8,742 nt of DNA, from positions 1 through 8,742 of the forward strand of contig JACAFS010000042.1 in NCBI GenBank assembly GCA_013378385.1, in the 5' to 3' direction. The stretch is from Nitrososphaerota archaeon (GTDB lineage Archaea > Thermoproteota > Nitrososphaeria > Nitrososphaerales > UBA57). Shown one piece after another: positions 1 through 7,361 of the stretch. Both the position numbers and the translations under genes were made by a program. Position 1 is the first letter of the stretch. Each line of letters opens with the position of its first letter. The notes below the pieces were generated by a model. That model had not been told where the DNA came from. It was given only the letters and a program-made list of their open reading frames with translations, and did not search any database.

Positions 1-76
1 CGGCTGGTGCTTCGGCTGGTGCTTCGGCTGGTGCTTCGGCTGGTGCTTCGGCTGGTGCTTCGGCTGGTGCTTCGGC
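1..76. repeat. Perfect 12-bp tandem repeat (cggctggtgctt), 6 full copies plus a partial one, continuing past the left edge; it is coding and forms the uS3 C-terminal tail
   Basis: Direct reading: positions 1-72 are six identical copies of cggctggtgctt, followed by cggc. The unit is 8/12 G+C in an otherwise AT-rich window. In the uS3 frame on the minus strand each unit reads GAA GCA CCA GCC, which is E-A-P-A. Confidence 0.95.
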
Positions 77-688
77 AGACTTGTGTGTAAGATGTTTAAA
101 TTCAGGACGATATTTTTCAGGTAATGCAATAAATACTTTGATTCCCACTAATCCAACTTTTAGTAATGATTCGCAAGATGCAACGTCAACAGATTGTGAT
201 GCAGTAAATCCTGCTTTTGGAACTACACCTGATTTAAATTTTTCAAAACTTGCACGATCACTACGCATCTTTCCAGCGACTTGTATTTCTACACCGCGAG
301 CTCCATTATTCATAATCATTCGCATAGTCCAATTAGCCGCACGTCGCATTGGCTGACCACGTTGTACAGAAGATGCCAATCGACTAGCCATAATTTCTGC
401 ATTAAGTTCTGGAATTTTAACTTCAGTAACGGAGATTTGAGGATTAGTAATATTAAATTTTGTTTCAAGTGCTTCAGTGAGAGAACGTATACCTGAACCT
501 CTTCGTCCAATTACAAGACCAGGTTTATTTACAAATAAATTCAGAGTAGTTCCAACAGGTGTTTTTACAATATCTACACTAGAATAACCAGAATCCAATA
601 ATTGAGCTTTTAGAAAATCATTTAATGCAGTAAGGTCAGAATTCTTTGCTAATACTTTTTTAATCATTGTAGTCTGAGATTTTTCCAT
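1..688 (-). CDS. rps3: 30S ribosomal protein uS3 (S3), 3'-truncated by the window edge, with a repetitive (EAPA)n C-terminal tail
   Basis: Hand translation from ATG at 688..686 gives MEKSQTTMIKKVLAKNSDLTALNDFLKAQLLDSGYSSVDIVKTPVGTTLNLFVNKPGLVIGRRGSGIRSLTE... This contains a KH-domain GxxG-type motif (VIGRRGSGI). The frame stays open to position 2 and ends ...PEKYRPEFKHLTHKSAEAPAEAPAEAPA... The gene lies 7 nt downstream of uL22, as in the conserved archaeal L22-S3 order. It is absent from the ORF track because it has no stop codon in the window. Confidence 0.9.
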   Translation of the reverse strand, partial: MEKSQTTMIKKVLAKNSDLTALNDFLKAQLLDSGYSSVDIVKTPVGTTLNLFVNKPGLVIGRRGSGIRSLTEALETKFNITNPQISVTEVKIPELNAEIMASRLASSVQRGQPMRRAANWTMRMIMNNGARGVEIQVAGKMRSDRASFEKFKSGVVPKAGFTASQSVDVASCESLLKVGLVGIKVFIALPEKYRPEFKHLTHKSAEAPAEAPAEAPAEAPAEAPAEAPA

Positions 689-695
689 TTATTAA

Positions 696-1151
696 TCAAC
701 CTGCAATTATTTCTATATGAACCAATTCATGATTCATCGGTGAGCTACGTCCCATTGCTCTAGGAATATAACCGGGGATAGTACGTCCACGGTGTGTAGC
801 AGCGTGTATGATACGAAGATTTGATACATCTAGTCCTTTGAAATCGGCATTAGATTCAACTTCATTTAAAATTAGAGAAATATGTTTAGCTACCTTAACA
901 GGATATCTACCTGCATGGAATTTATCAGTAGAACGTCTATGAGCTACTTCTTTCTTATGTCTACGAAAAGGAATTGATTTATTGAGTAAAATGACGTCTT
1001 CTAGTAAACTAATAGCGGTAGATAATTTTTTTCCTTTAATAGTATTACAGACTTCGCGAGCAGCCTTAGGGCTCATATTAATCTCTCTTCCAGAGGCACG
1101 TGCGTGAACAACTGGATCGTATTGCTTGAAACTATATCCAAATTTGGGCAT
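696..1151 (-). CDS. rpl22: 50S ribosomal protein uL22 (L22)
   Basis: The 151-aa ORF MPKFGYSF...ARASGREINMSPKAAREVCNTIKGKKL...IIHAATHRGRTIPGYIPRAMGRSSPMNHELVHIEIIAG has the typical archaeal/eukaryotic L22/L17e pattern. It sits between S19 and S3. Confidence 0.95.
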   Translation of the reverse strand: MPKFGYSFKQYDPVVHARASGREINMSPKAAREVCNTIKGKKLSTAISLLEDVILLNKSIPFRRHKKEVAHRRSTDKFHAGRYPVKVAKHISLILNEVESNADFKGLDVSNLRIIHAATHRGRTIPGYIPRAMGRSSPMNHELVHIEIIAG

Positions 1152-1227
1152 TTTACAATTTTACACCTTAACTATAGAATTTACAAATCTGTTAATGAAG
1201 ATATAAGTTTTTTTCAATTTTAAAAAC

Positions 1228-1623
1228 CTATTTCAATGGGACGTAGAGACTTGATTTAGAAGCACCAATTCCAGGTGTTCCATGTTGTACTTTTTTATTA
1301 GTAATAGCGTATTCGCCAAGATAATGACCAATCATAGATGGTTTAACTTCAACAGGAACAAATTCTTTTCCTGTATATACATGAATTGTTAATCCCAACA
1401 TTTTTGGAAGAAGAATGAGGTCTCGAGAATGAGTACGTATACTTTGGTCAGACGAGTCTTTATTTATATTATCAACTTGTTCCAAGATTTTCTTTTTAGT
1501 ATCAGAGAGTCCACGAGTCAAGGAGCGTCTTTGACGAGATGGTACGAGTTTTAGAAATTCATCCAACGACATACTTTGTAATTCTTTCATCGAATGACCA
1601 CGATACTTGAATTCTTTAGCCAT
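1228..1623 (-). CDS. rps19: 30S ribosomal protein uS19 (S19)
   Basis: The 131-aa [42 protein letters not shown]...[46 protein letters not shown] is an S19/S15e-family sequence. The ATG lies 3 nt after the uL2 stop and is preceded by GGAGGT. Confidence 0.95.
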   Translation of the reverse strand: MAKEFKYRGHSMKELQSMSLDEFLKLVPSRQRRSLTRGLSDTKKKILEQVDNINKDSSDQSIRTHSRDLILLPKMLGLTIHVYTGKEFVPVEVKPSMIGHYLGEYAITNKKVQHGTPGIGASKSSLYVPLK

Positions 1624-1626
1624 AAT

Positions 1627-2382
1627 CTATACCTCCGAAATCCTTGATCTTCTTCTTGCTCTACCTGGACCAGTTTTACTAGCGGCAATTGAACCAACTT
1701 TACGTCCTGGTGGTGCATTTCTAGAAGTAGATGTACTTTGGTGTGGACTTTGATGTCTACCTCCGCCGAATGGGTGATAATGAGATCCCATCGCTACACC
1801 TCGTACTTTAGGATGGAGAATTCCATAAGCTTGGTGATGACGTGCTTTATTACCTGCTTTTAAGAATGGCTTTTCTTTAAATCCAGCAGCAGACATTGCA
1901 CCAATAGTTGCACGACAGTTTGTTTGAACAACAATACTTTTTCCTGAACGCAATCTAATGAGAGAACCATCTACAGTTTTGCTATAAAGTAATGCAGAAG
2001 TACCTGCACTTTTTGCAATTTTTCCACCGTCTCCAAATGTTCGTTCGATATTACAAATAGAAGTTCCTTCAGGTATATCACGTAATGGAAGAATATTACC
2101 GTCTTGGATTTCAGAACTAGAACCAATAGAAATTTCTTGGTTTACTCGAAGGCCATTAACAGCAGGAAGATAAGCGGTTTTATTATTAAATACAATTTTA
2201 GCAAGTGGGACAGATCGACCTCGTTCATGTAACAGGTCTTTTACTATACCAGTAACAGTATTATTAGAATCAAGAAATGGATAAGATGCAGGTGCAATTT
2301 TACCTTTATTATGACTCCTATATCGCATTCCTCCATCGCCACGACGTTGAACAAGGATTCTTTTACCCAGTCTACATAACAC
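1627..2382 (-). CDS. rpl2: 50S ribosomal protein uL2 (L2); start codon uncertain (GTG at 2382, or CTG at 2370)
   Basis: The ORF contains ...GKRILVQRRGDGGMRYRSHNKGKIAPASYP...HPFGGGRHQSPHQSTSTSRNAPPGRKVGSIAA..., including the L2 hallmark HPxGGG. The track start is GTG, which overlaps rpl23 by 11 nt. The canonical archaeal N-terminus (M)GKR aligns with the CTG codon at 2370..2368. Confidence 0.93.
   Translation of the reverse strand: MLCRLGKRILVQRRGDGGMRYRSHNKGKIAPASYPFLDSNNTVTGIVKDLLHERGRSVPLAKIVFNNKTAYLPAVNGLRVNQEISIGSSSEIQDGNILPLRDIPEGTSICNIERTFGDGGKIAKSAGTSALLYSKTVDGSLIRLRSGKSIVVQTNCRATIGAMSAAGFKEKPFLKAGNKARHHQAYGILHPKVRGVAMGSHYHPFGGGRHQSPHQSTSTSRNAPPGRKVGSIAASKTGPGRARRRSRISEV
1631..1636 (-). 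promoter_or_regulatory. Shine-Dalgarno-like motif GGAGGT, 7 nt upstream of the rps19 ATG and embedded in the 3' end of rpl2
   Basis: The minus strand reads tcGGAGGTatagattATG. GGAGGT is complementary to the conserved CCUCC-containing 3' end of archaeal 16S rRNA, and the 7-nt spacer is near optimal. Confidence 0.55.
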
Positions 2383-2638
2383 CTAATTTTGTAGCAAGAT
2401 CGAGAGCAGAGTCGTCATCGCCAAAAGTGACAAATGCTTTCTTGCCTTGGATAGTCTGAGCAGTATTGATTGCTTTCACATTAACCTCATATAAGATACT
2501 AAGTGCTTGTTTTATAGTGTTTTTGGTTGAATCATTACTAACAATAAAAACTAACTTATTTTCTTTTTCAATACGATCAAATGTATTTTCAGTTACATAT
2601 GGTCGAATAATTATTGATGCAGCTTGATCAGGACGCAT
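2372..2638 (-). CDS. rpl23: 50S ribosomal protein uL23 (L23)
   Basis: The 88-aa ORF MRPDQAASIIIRPYVTENTFDRIEKENKLVFIVSNDSTKNTIKQALSILYEVNVKAINT...KKAFVTF has the L23/L25e fold pattern. It sits between L4 and L2, and its ATG overlaps the rpl4 3' end by 11 nt. A GGTGG motif lies 6 nt upstream. Confidence 0.93.
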   Translation of the reverse strand: MRPDQAASIIIRPYVTENTFDRIEKENKLVFIVSNDSTKNTIKQALSILYEVNVKAINTAQTIQGKKAFVTFGDDDSALDLATKLGVM

Positions 2639-3428
2639 TAATTTCCACCGCTTTCAAGATATTGCTTGATAGATTAGAGAATGAACTTTTTGTCCAGACA
2701 ACAAGTCGCCCAGCGTCAGTTCCAGGAGCTAAATCTGAGACATTAAGGTTTTTTGCTTCAACTAAATCAACACCTAATAGATTTTCACATGCATCGCCTA
2801 TTCCTAAGTCATTAGAACAAACAATTAATGGTCCTTTCTTAATTTTTCTCGAACGTCCACGTAATCTTGACTTTCCTGAACGTAAACGTACATCAGACGA
2901 TCTTTCGAGTTCATTAGAAAGACCAAGGTTAATCAAAGTAAGGCGAATATCTTTAGTTCGATTCATTGATTCAATATCATCAATTACAATCAAAGGAAGA
3001 TTAAGTATATTATCAATTCTGTGACCACGATTAATGACAAATTCCCGATTCATAGAAGCAGAAATAGCAGACATAAGAGCAGATGTCTTTTCTTTTTTAT
3101 TTAATTTTTGATAGATATTTTTTTCACTTCTGGGCGGATGTGGATTACGACCTCCTGTAACACCTGCAACTCCTGCAGCACTGCCTCCTCTAGGTCCGCT
3201 ATGGGATTTAATACGACCAATTCGAGAGATTCCTCGACCTGTATTCCATGATTCGCTACTAGCGCGTTCTCCAGCAAGTGGATCAGTTCCTTTAGGAATT
3301 CTACTGTGAGATTGAATTGCAAGAACTGCTCTTTTAATCAATCTAGGATTATACGGAGTTGAGAAAACTAATGGAATCTGGATTTTTTCCACTTCGTCCC
3401 CATCTAAATTATAAACAGGCAACATCAT
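2628..3428 (-). CDS. rpl4: 50S ribosomal protein uL4 (L4)
   Basis: The 266-aa ORF MMLPVYNLDGDEVEKIQIP...WNTGRGISRIGRIK...GGRNPHPPRSEK...RLRGRSRKIKKGPLIV is archaeal L4/L1e family. It forms an ATGA start/stop overlap with rpl3. Confidence 0.95.
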   Translation of the reverse strand: MMLPVYNLDGDEVEKIQIPLVFSTPYNPRLIKRAVLAIQSHSRIPKGTDPLAGERASSESWNTGRGISRIGRIKSHSGPRGGSAAGVAGVTGGRNPHPPRSEKNIYQKLNKKEKTSALMSAISASMNREFVINRGHRIDNILNLPLIVIDDIESMNRTKDIRLTLINLGLSNELERSSDVRLRSGKSRLRGRSRKIKKGPLIVCSNDLGIGDACENLLGVDLVEAKNLNVSDLAPGTDAGRLVVWTKSSFSNLSSNILKAVEINAS

Positions 3429-4429
3429 TCTAATTCGCCTTTCTGTGTACTGAGTTTTAGAACTTTAGGAACATCTAATTTTCGACCTTTTGATCTAATT
3501 GGATATCGAAGTATAACAGGTCGTTTGATAGGACCTGGCAATGAGCCTTTAATGATAACGTAGTCTTCAGGTACTAAACCGAAATGGGTGAAACCACCAT
3601 CAGGATTAACACTTTGTTCTTTTTCATTTGCAATAAAAAGAACTTTCTTATTAAATTCAGTTCGTTGATGAAAACCCATTTGTCCAGCACGAGGAACCGT
3701 ATACATAATATTTGCGGGACTCCAGGCACCGACAGTACCAACTTCTCGAACAGTTTTTCGAGATTTATGTTGTTTCTTTTTTATACCGAATCGTTTTACA
3801 GGTCCTTGCCAGCCTTTACCTTTTGTAACACCAAGTGCATCGACCAACATTCCGGGTTTTATAATATCAGAAACAGTAATTTTCTTTCCTAAATTATTTT
3901 CAATATATTCAAATTGACTCTCTAACGTAATACCTCCAAGTCCAATTTCAAACAAATATGGTTTGATTTGAGATAGACCTGCTTGCTTAGGGGGTACAGA
4001 AACAATTGCAGAAAGTTTATTCAAAGATTCAAGATTGTCTTTGATTTTACCAATTTTAGAATCGTAATCAGAATTTAATTTTTGTTTTCTTGGTATTTCT
4101 TTAGGAAGTTGTTTTGCATATACTTCACTAAAAACGAAAAGTCCATCAAGACTATTTTTGTATGCGCGTAAACCGACAATAGTCATTGGAGCACAAGACA
4201 AAACAGTAGCGTGATTAAAGATAGGTTTTCCAAAGGTAGGAGATTTATCTACATTATCAACAGTCAGAACATTCATAGAACCGACTTTGAAACCCATGAA
4301 ACCAAGTAGAGTAGGTTCTTCTGATTTAACATCAGGCCAATTTCGAATTCTTGCATTTAGAGTACCATGTCTACCTCTTGGCCTAAATGCCAAGGAACCG
4401 CGTCTTGGAGCTGAATGTTTTCTACCCAT
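3425..4429 (-). CDS. rpl3: 50S ribosomal protein uL3 (L3)
   Basis: The 334-aa ORF MGRKHSAPRRGSLAFRPRGR...VTKGKGWQGPVKRFG...HKSRKTVREVGTVGAWSPANIMYTVPRAGQMGFHQRTEFNKK matches archaeal L3. It is the first gene of the L3-L4-L23-L2-S19-L22-S3 block. Confidence 0.95.
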   Translation of the reverse strand: MGRKHSAPRRGSLAFRPRGRHGTLNARIRNWPDVKSEEPTLLGFMGFKVGSMNVLTVDNVDKSPTFGKPIFNHATVLSCAPMTIVGLRAYKNSLDGLFVFSEVYAKQLPKEIPRKQKLNSDYDSKIGKIKDNLESLNKLSAIVSVPPKQAGLSQIKPYLFEIGLGGITLESQFEYIENNLGKKITVSDIIKPGMLVDALGVTKGKGWQGPVKRFGIKKKQHKSRKTVREVGTVGAWSPANIMYTVPRAGQMGFHQRTEFNKKVLFIANEKEQSVNPDGGFTHFGLVPEDYVIIKGSLPGPIKRPVILRYPIRSKGRKLDVPKVLKLSTQKGELE

Positions 4430-4507
4430 ATTGAATCACTTTGAATAAAGTAGAATAAACGTGAATTGATTTTTAAGCATTGTGATTTTATATCCTATAA
4501 TTCAGAT
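4430..4507 (-). promoter_or_regulatory. Upstream region of the L3 operon with TATA-like boxes and a partial SD
   Basis: The minus strand reads ...ggATATAAAAtcacaatgcttaaaaatcaattcacGTTTATTctactttattcaaaGTGATtcaatATG. There are two TATA-like elements. One (about 4486-4493) would give a roughly 30-nt leader containing GTGAT, part of the extended SD AGGAGGUGAUC. The other (about 4454-4460) would give a near-leaderless transcript. No minus-strand oligo-T run follows the eS25 stop, so read-through from the upstream gene is also possible. The sequence alone cannot decide between these. Confidence 0.35.
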
Positions 4508-4822
4508 TTATTCAATTAATTTCCATATATAATGACCCGAATAACCGCCAATTTTTGTAATGCGGTTTTTTGATTCAAGATCCTGAAGGAATTTATTAGC
4601 AACTGACGCATTAACGTTCAATATTCTTGATGTTTCGTATAAAGTAATAGCTTTAGTACTGCCAAAGACTTCTTTGAGTTTATTATCGTCAATGTTAGGC
4701 ACAGATAATCCATGACTGATATCTTCTATCGATTTCTCCTTTGGTTTGCTACTAGATTTAGTATCAGATTTCTCCTTTGATTTGTTCCAGCTTGACTTAT
4801 TATCTTTTTTTGTCTCTGACAT
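4508..4822 (-). CDS. rps25e: Probable 30S ribosomal protein eS25 (S25e), with a winged-helix C-terminal half and a Lys/Ser-rich N-terminal tail
   Basis: This is a 104-aa ORF. Its N-terminal KKDNKSSWNKSKEK resembles the eukaryotic and archaeal S25 motif KKKWSKGK. Its C-terminal KAITLYETSRILNVNASVANKFLQDLESKNRITKIGGYSGHYIW parallels ..[42 protein letters not shown] of S25. It is co-oriented with and immediately upstream of rpl3. The comparison is from memory, not from a search. Confidence 0.65.
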   Translation of the reverse strand: MSETKKDNKSSWNKSKEKSDTKSSSKPKEKSIEDISHGLSVPNIDDNKLKEVFGSTKAITLYETSRILNVNASVANKFLQDLESKNRITKIGGYSGHYIWKLIE

Positions 4823-4912
4823 ATATACAATATAACAAAAAACATAGTAAGATAAACTTTACCACAATTAAAAAAGACTAGATTAATAATATTTGAGAGT
4901 TATTGGATAGGT
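4823..4912. promoter_or_regulatory. 90-bp AT-rich divergent intergenic region between the eS25 gene (minus) and lig (plus), with candidate TATA boxes for both
   Basis: On the plus strand, TTAATAATATTT (4883-4894) is centred about 25 nt upstream of the lig GTG (4913). That spacing fits a leaderless or very short-leader mRNA. On the minus strand, GTTTATCT (complement of 4850-4857) lies about 30 nt upstream of the eS25 ATG (4822). There is no SD-like motif at a usable distance for either gene. Confidence 0.4.
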
Positions 4913-6664
4913 GTGGATTATAGCGTAGTTGCACAAGCATATGAAGATATGGAAAAGACTAGGAAAAGGTTAGAACTTTTAGAGATTTTAGCAAATCTTT
5001 TCAAAAATACACCGTCAGAAGTCATTGAGAGAGTAATATATCTAACACAAGGTAAGATAAAACCAGATTTTTATGGAATAGAAGTAGGAATGTCAGATAA
5101 ATTAGTAATGAAAGTATTAGAAAAATCTACGTCAATGTCCAAAGTTAGGATACAAGAAGAGTATAAGAAAACAGGAGATTTAGGAGAAGTAACAAAGATT
5201 GCATTATCAAATAAAATACAAACTACACTAGTAAAAGATAGATTAACAGTAGAAAGGGTTTATAGTACATTTGAAGATATTGCAAATACCACTGGGCATG
5301 GATCAGTAGATATAAAAATTGCACATTTATCAGGTCTATTATCTGATTGCACACCACTTGAAGGAAAATATATTATAAGAACACTTACTGGAATACTAAG
5401 ATTAGGAATAGCAGATTATACTGTTTTAGATGCATTAGCTGTTACATATACTGGCGATAAAAAAAACAGAGGATATTTAGAAAGAACATACAATATTTCA
5501 AGTGATCTAGGTAAAGTGGCAAAAATTGTTGCAGAAAAAGGTTTGAAAGGATTAGAAGAAATTAACATCGTAGTAGGAACTCCAATTAGACCAATGCTTG
5601 CAGAAAGATTGAGTTCATCACAAGAAATCATTGATAAAGTAGGTGGAAAAATGAGTTTAGAATATAAATTAGATGGTGAAAGATTACAGATTCATGTAAA
5701 GAAAAAACAAGTGAGTATTTTTTCGAGAAAATTAGAGAACATAACAAACCATTATCCCGATGTTTCTTCAATAATGAGTGAAATCAATATAGAAAATATC
5801 ATAGTAGAAGCAGAGGCAGTAGCAATAAACAAAGAAAATGGTTCGTATTTACCATTTCAGGAACTTATGCATAGAAGAAGAAAACATAAAATTGAAGAAG
5901 CAGTAAAAAACTATCCAATATCGATTAACTTATTTGATATAATATTTTTTGATAATGAAGATTTAACAGATTCGAGTTATGAGCGCAGAAGGAAAATTTT
6001 GAATAGTATAGTAAAAAAGAATAAAAAATTAGATATTGTTAAAAATAAAATAATTCAAAGTGCTGAAGAAATAGATAATTTTCTAGAACAATCTATAGAA
6101 GAAGGTTGTGAAGGATTGGTAATCAAAGATCTACAAGGAACTTATAGAGCAGGGGCAAGAGAATACCTATGGATTAAATTAAAAAGAGAATATAAATCAG
6201 AAATGTCAGATACTTTAGATTTGGTAGTAATTGGAGCAATATATGGAAAAGGGAAAAGAGTAAACAGATATGGAGCGTTACTTTTAGCAGCTTATGATAA
6301 AGAAGAAGACATGTTTAGAAGCTTTTGTAAAGTAGGAACTGGATTTTCAGATGAACAATTGAAGATAATTTACGAGAAACTACAAAAATGCATAATAAAA
6401 GATAAACATGCAATGGTGGATTCAAAAATGGAAGTAGATGTATGGTTCAAACCAAACATAGTATTAGAAATCACTGGATCTGAGATAACTATCAGTCCAA
6501 TACATACAGCAAATATGAATGAAATTCGAAAAGATTTTGGTCTTGCACTACGATTTCCAATATTCACCGGAAGAATTAGAGAAGATAAAATGGCTCAAGA
6601 TATAACCACTACAATGGAAATAATGAATGAATATAGAAAACAGCTAAAAAAAGTAATAAATTAG
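4913..6664 (+). CDS. lig: ATP-dependent DNA ligase (archaeal/eukaryotic Lig1 type)
   Basis: The 583-aa ORF has these motifs: I EYKLDGERLQIH (adenylation Lys, codon 252, nt 5666-5668), III IVEAEAVA, IV EGLVIKD, V LWIKLKREY and VI LRFPIFTGRIREDK. The N-terminal DNA-binding domain DYSVVAQAYEDMEKTRKRLELLEILANLF aligns with archaeal ligase N-termini. This supports GTG 4913, which is the first in-frame start after an upstream TAA. Confidence 0.95.
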   Translation: MDYSVVAQAYEDMEKTRKRLELLEILANLFKNTPSEVIERVIYLTQGKIKPDFYGIEVGMSDKLVMKVLEKSTSMSKVRIQEEYKKTGDLGEVTKIALSNKIQTTLVKDRLTVERVYSTFEDIANTTGHGSVDIKIAHLSGLLSDCTPLEGKYIIRTLTGILRLGIADYTVLDALAVTYTGDKKNRGYLERTYNISSDLGKVAKIVAEKGLKGLEEINIVVGTPIRPMLAERLSSSQEIIDKVGGKMSLEYKLDGERLQIHVKKKQVSIFSRKLENITNHYPDVSSIMSEINIENIIVEAEAVAINKENGSYLPFQELMHRRRKHKIEEAVKNYPISINLFDIIFFDNEDLTDSSYERRRKILNSIVKKNKKLDIVKNKIIQSAEEIDNFLEQSIEEGCEGLVIKDLQGTYRAGAREYLWIKLKREYKSEMSDTLDLVVIGAIYGKGKRVNRYGALLLAAYDKEEDMFRSFCKVGTGFSDEQLKIIYEKLQKCIIKDKHAMVDSKMEVDVWFKPNIVLEITGSEITISPIHTANMNEIRKDFGLALRFPIFTGRIREDKMAQDITTTMEIMNEYRKQLKKVIN

Positions 6665-6677
6665 AACAAGGTTAAGG

Positions 6678-6687
6678 TTTTTTAATT
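6678..6687 (+). terminator. Oligo-T tract (T6) 14 nt after the lig stop; possible archaeal intrinsic termination signal that doubles as a TATA-like box (TTTTTTAATT) for the next gene
   Basis: The sequence reads ...TAGaacaaggttaaggTTTTTTaattcgtataacatgtaacttgtATG. Archaeal RNA polymerase terminates at oligo-T runs. The same T/A-rich element is centred about 24 nt upstream of ATG 6707. Confidence 0.3.
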
Positions 6688-6706
6688 CGTATAACATGTA
6701 ACTTGT

Positions 6707-7360
6707 ATGTTTTCTGGGGGTTCTGAAGATAAAGCAAGAGGAAAGACGCAAGCAGTATTACTTGACGAAACAAGAAAAGTATTAGATTCGTCAAGAGAGT
6801 TAGTAAATGTATTTAAAGCAGTTATTGACAATGATGAAAAGAAAGTTAATAATTCAATTAAGAAAATAGGAGAAGCTGAAGATGAAGTTGAGGGATATAG
6901 AAGAGCATTAACAAGAGAATTAGCAGAAGTAGGAAGTCTATTAATGAATAGAGAAGATTTGTTAAAAACAGCTTACGAAATAGAAGAAATAGCAGGCTAT
7001 ACTAGCGGTGTTGCATTTAGAATGTCAATTGTAGATAATAAATCATTAAAGAAATCGTCAATAAAAAAAGAATTTGAAGAATTACTAAATATGATTATTG
7101 AATTAGTTCATAAATTAAATGAGATGGTAAGATCTCTTGCAGTAAATCCAGATAATGTAATTCAAACTGCATATGAGTTGCAAAAAATTGAAAGAGAGAC
7201 TGATTTGAAATATAGAAATCTTGTTAAGATTATAATGAAAGAAGTTACGGGTGCAAAAGATGCAATGTTACTAAAAGATGCTGCAGAACACATAGAAGAA
7301 ATGGCAGACAGATGTTTATCAGCGGCAGATTCAATAACAATTATTGCAATTGGATTATAG
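6707..7360 (+). CDS. DUF47 / PhoU-like (COG1392, TIGR00153-type) protein of unknown function
   Basis: The 217-aa all-helical ORF has two PhoU-like half-repeats. These are IKKIGEAEDEVEGYRRALTRELAEVGSLLMNREDLLKTAYEIEEIAGY and ELQKIERETDLKYRNLVKIIMKEV..DAMLLKDAAEHIEEMADRCLSAADSITIIAI. They parallel the E-x-x-x-D ... REDI ... LEEIAD pattern of DUF47 proteins such as B. subtilis YkaA, recalled from memory. Confidence 0.65.
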   Translation: MFSGGSEDKARGKTQAVLLDETRKVLDSSRELVNVFKAVIDNDEKKVNNSIKKIGEAEDEVEGYRRALTRELAEVGSLLMNREDLLKTAYEIEEIAGYTSGVAFRMSIVDNKSLKKSSIKKEFEELLNMIIELVHKLNEMVRSLAVNPDNVIQTAYELQKIERETDLKYRNLVKIIMKEVTGAKDAMLLKDAAEHIEEMADRCLSAADSITIIAIGL

Positions 7361-7361
7361 T

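Noticed and set aside
1-76. Tandem repeats as a CRISPR array or non-coding satellite
   Set aside because: The 12-bp units are directly abutting with no spacers, which is far too short for CRISPR repeats. They are in frame with rps3 and simply encode EAPA units.
1-76. Repeat unit contains GCTGGTGC, a 7/8 match to the E. coli Chi site GCTGGTGG, six times over
   Set aside because: Chi is a RecBCD signal specific to certain bacteria. The gene content here is archaeal, where no RecBCD/Chi system is expected, and the match is imperfect. I treat it as coincidence arising from Ala/Pro/Glu codons.
81-510. Track ORFs 81..356 (+), 281..496 (+) and 316..510 (-)
   Set aside because: All three lie inside the hand-translated uS3 coding region, which is on the minus strand in a different frame from the 316..510 ORF. 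Their products are low-complexity or Cys/Ser/Asn-rich with no recognisable family. They are shadow ORFs, typical of AT-rich DNA.
2277-3024. Plus-strand ORFs 2277..2459 (60 aa) and 2614..3024 (136 aa)
   Set aside because: They are antisense to rpl2/rpl23 and rpl4 respectively. There is no family resemblance, and the strongly conserved ribosomal genes fully explain the region.
3101-3892. ORFs 3101..3322 (-, alternate frame within rpl4) and 3584..3892 (+, antisense to rpl3)
   Set aside because: They overlap well-supported conserved CDSs. The sequences are compositionally odd, with no motifs and no start-site signals.
1152-4912. Small RNA genes (tRNA, C/D-box sRNA) in the 76-, 78- and 90-nt intergenic spacers
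   Set aside because: I found no RUGAUGA/CUGA box pairs and no tRNA-like GTTC-R-A / acceptor-stem complementarity by eye. The spacers are very AT-rich and are better explained as promoter or leader regions. Covariance-model scans (tRNAscan-SE, Infernal) would be the decisive check.
5459-5466. A8 homopolymer (gat aaa aaa aac) in lig as a possible slippery or frameshift site or pseudogenisation point
   Set aside because: The ligase frame is continuous across it, and conserved sequence appears on both sides in the same frame. It just encodes D-K-K-N in an AT-rich genome.
5416-6567. Minus-strand ORFs 5416..5631 and 6370..6567 inside lig
   Set aside because: They are antisense shadows within a ligase gene whose motifs I-VI are all intact in a single frame.
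7344-7361. TTG start at 7344 for endA (track ORF MQLDYSM...), overlapping the DUF47 gene by 17 nt
   Set aside because: An in-frame ATG at 7362 lies 1 nt after the upstream stop. It yields a protein comparable in length to M. jannaschii EndA as I recall it (about 179 aa), and alignment of the N-terminal region does not need the extra six residues. The TTG start cannot be fully excluded without data.
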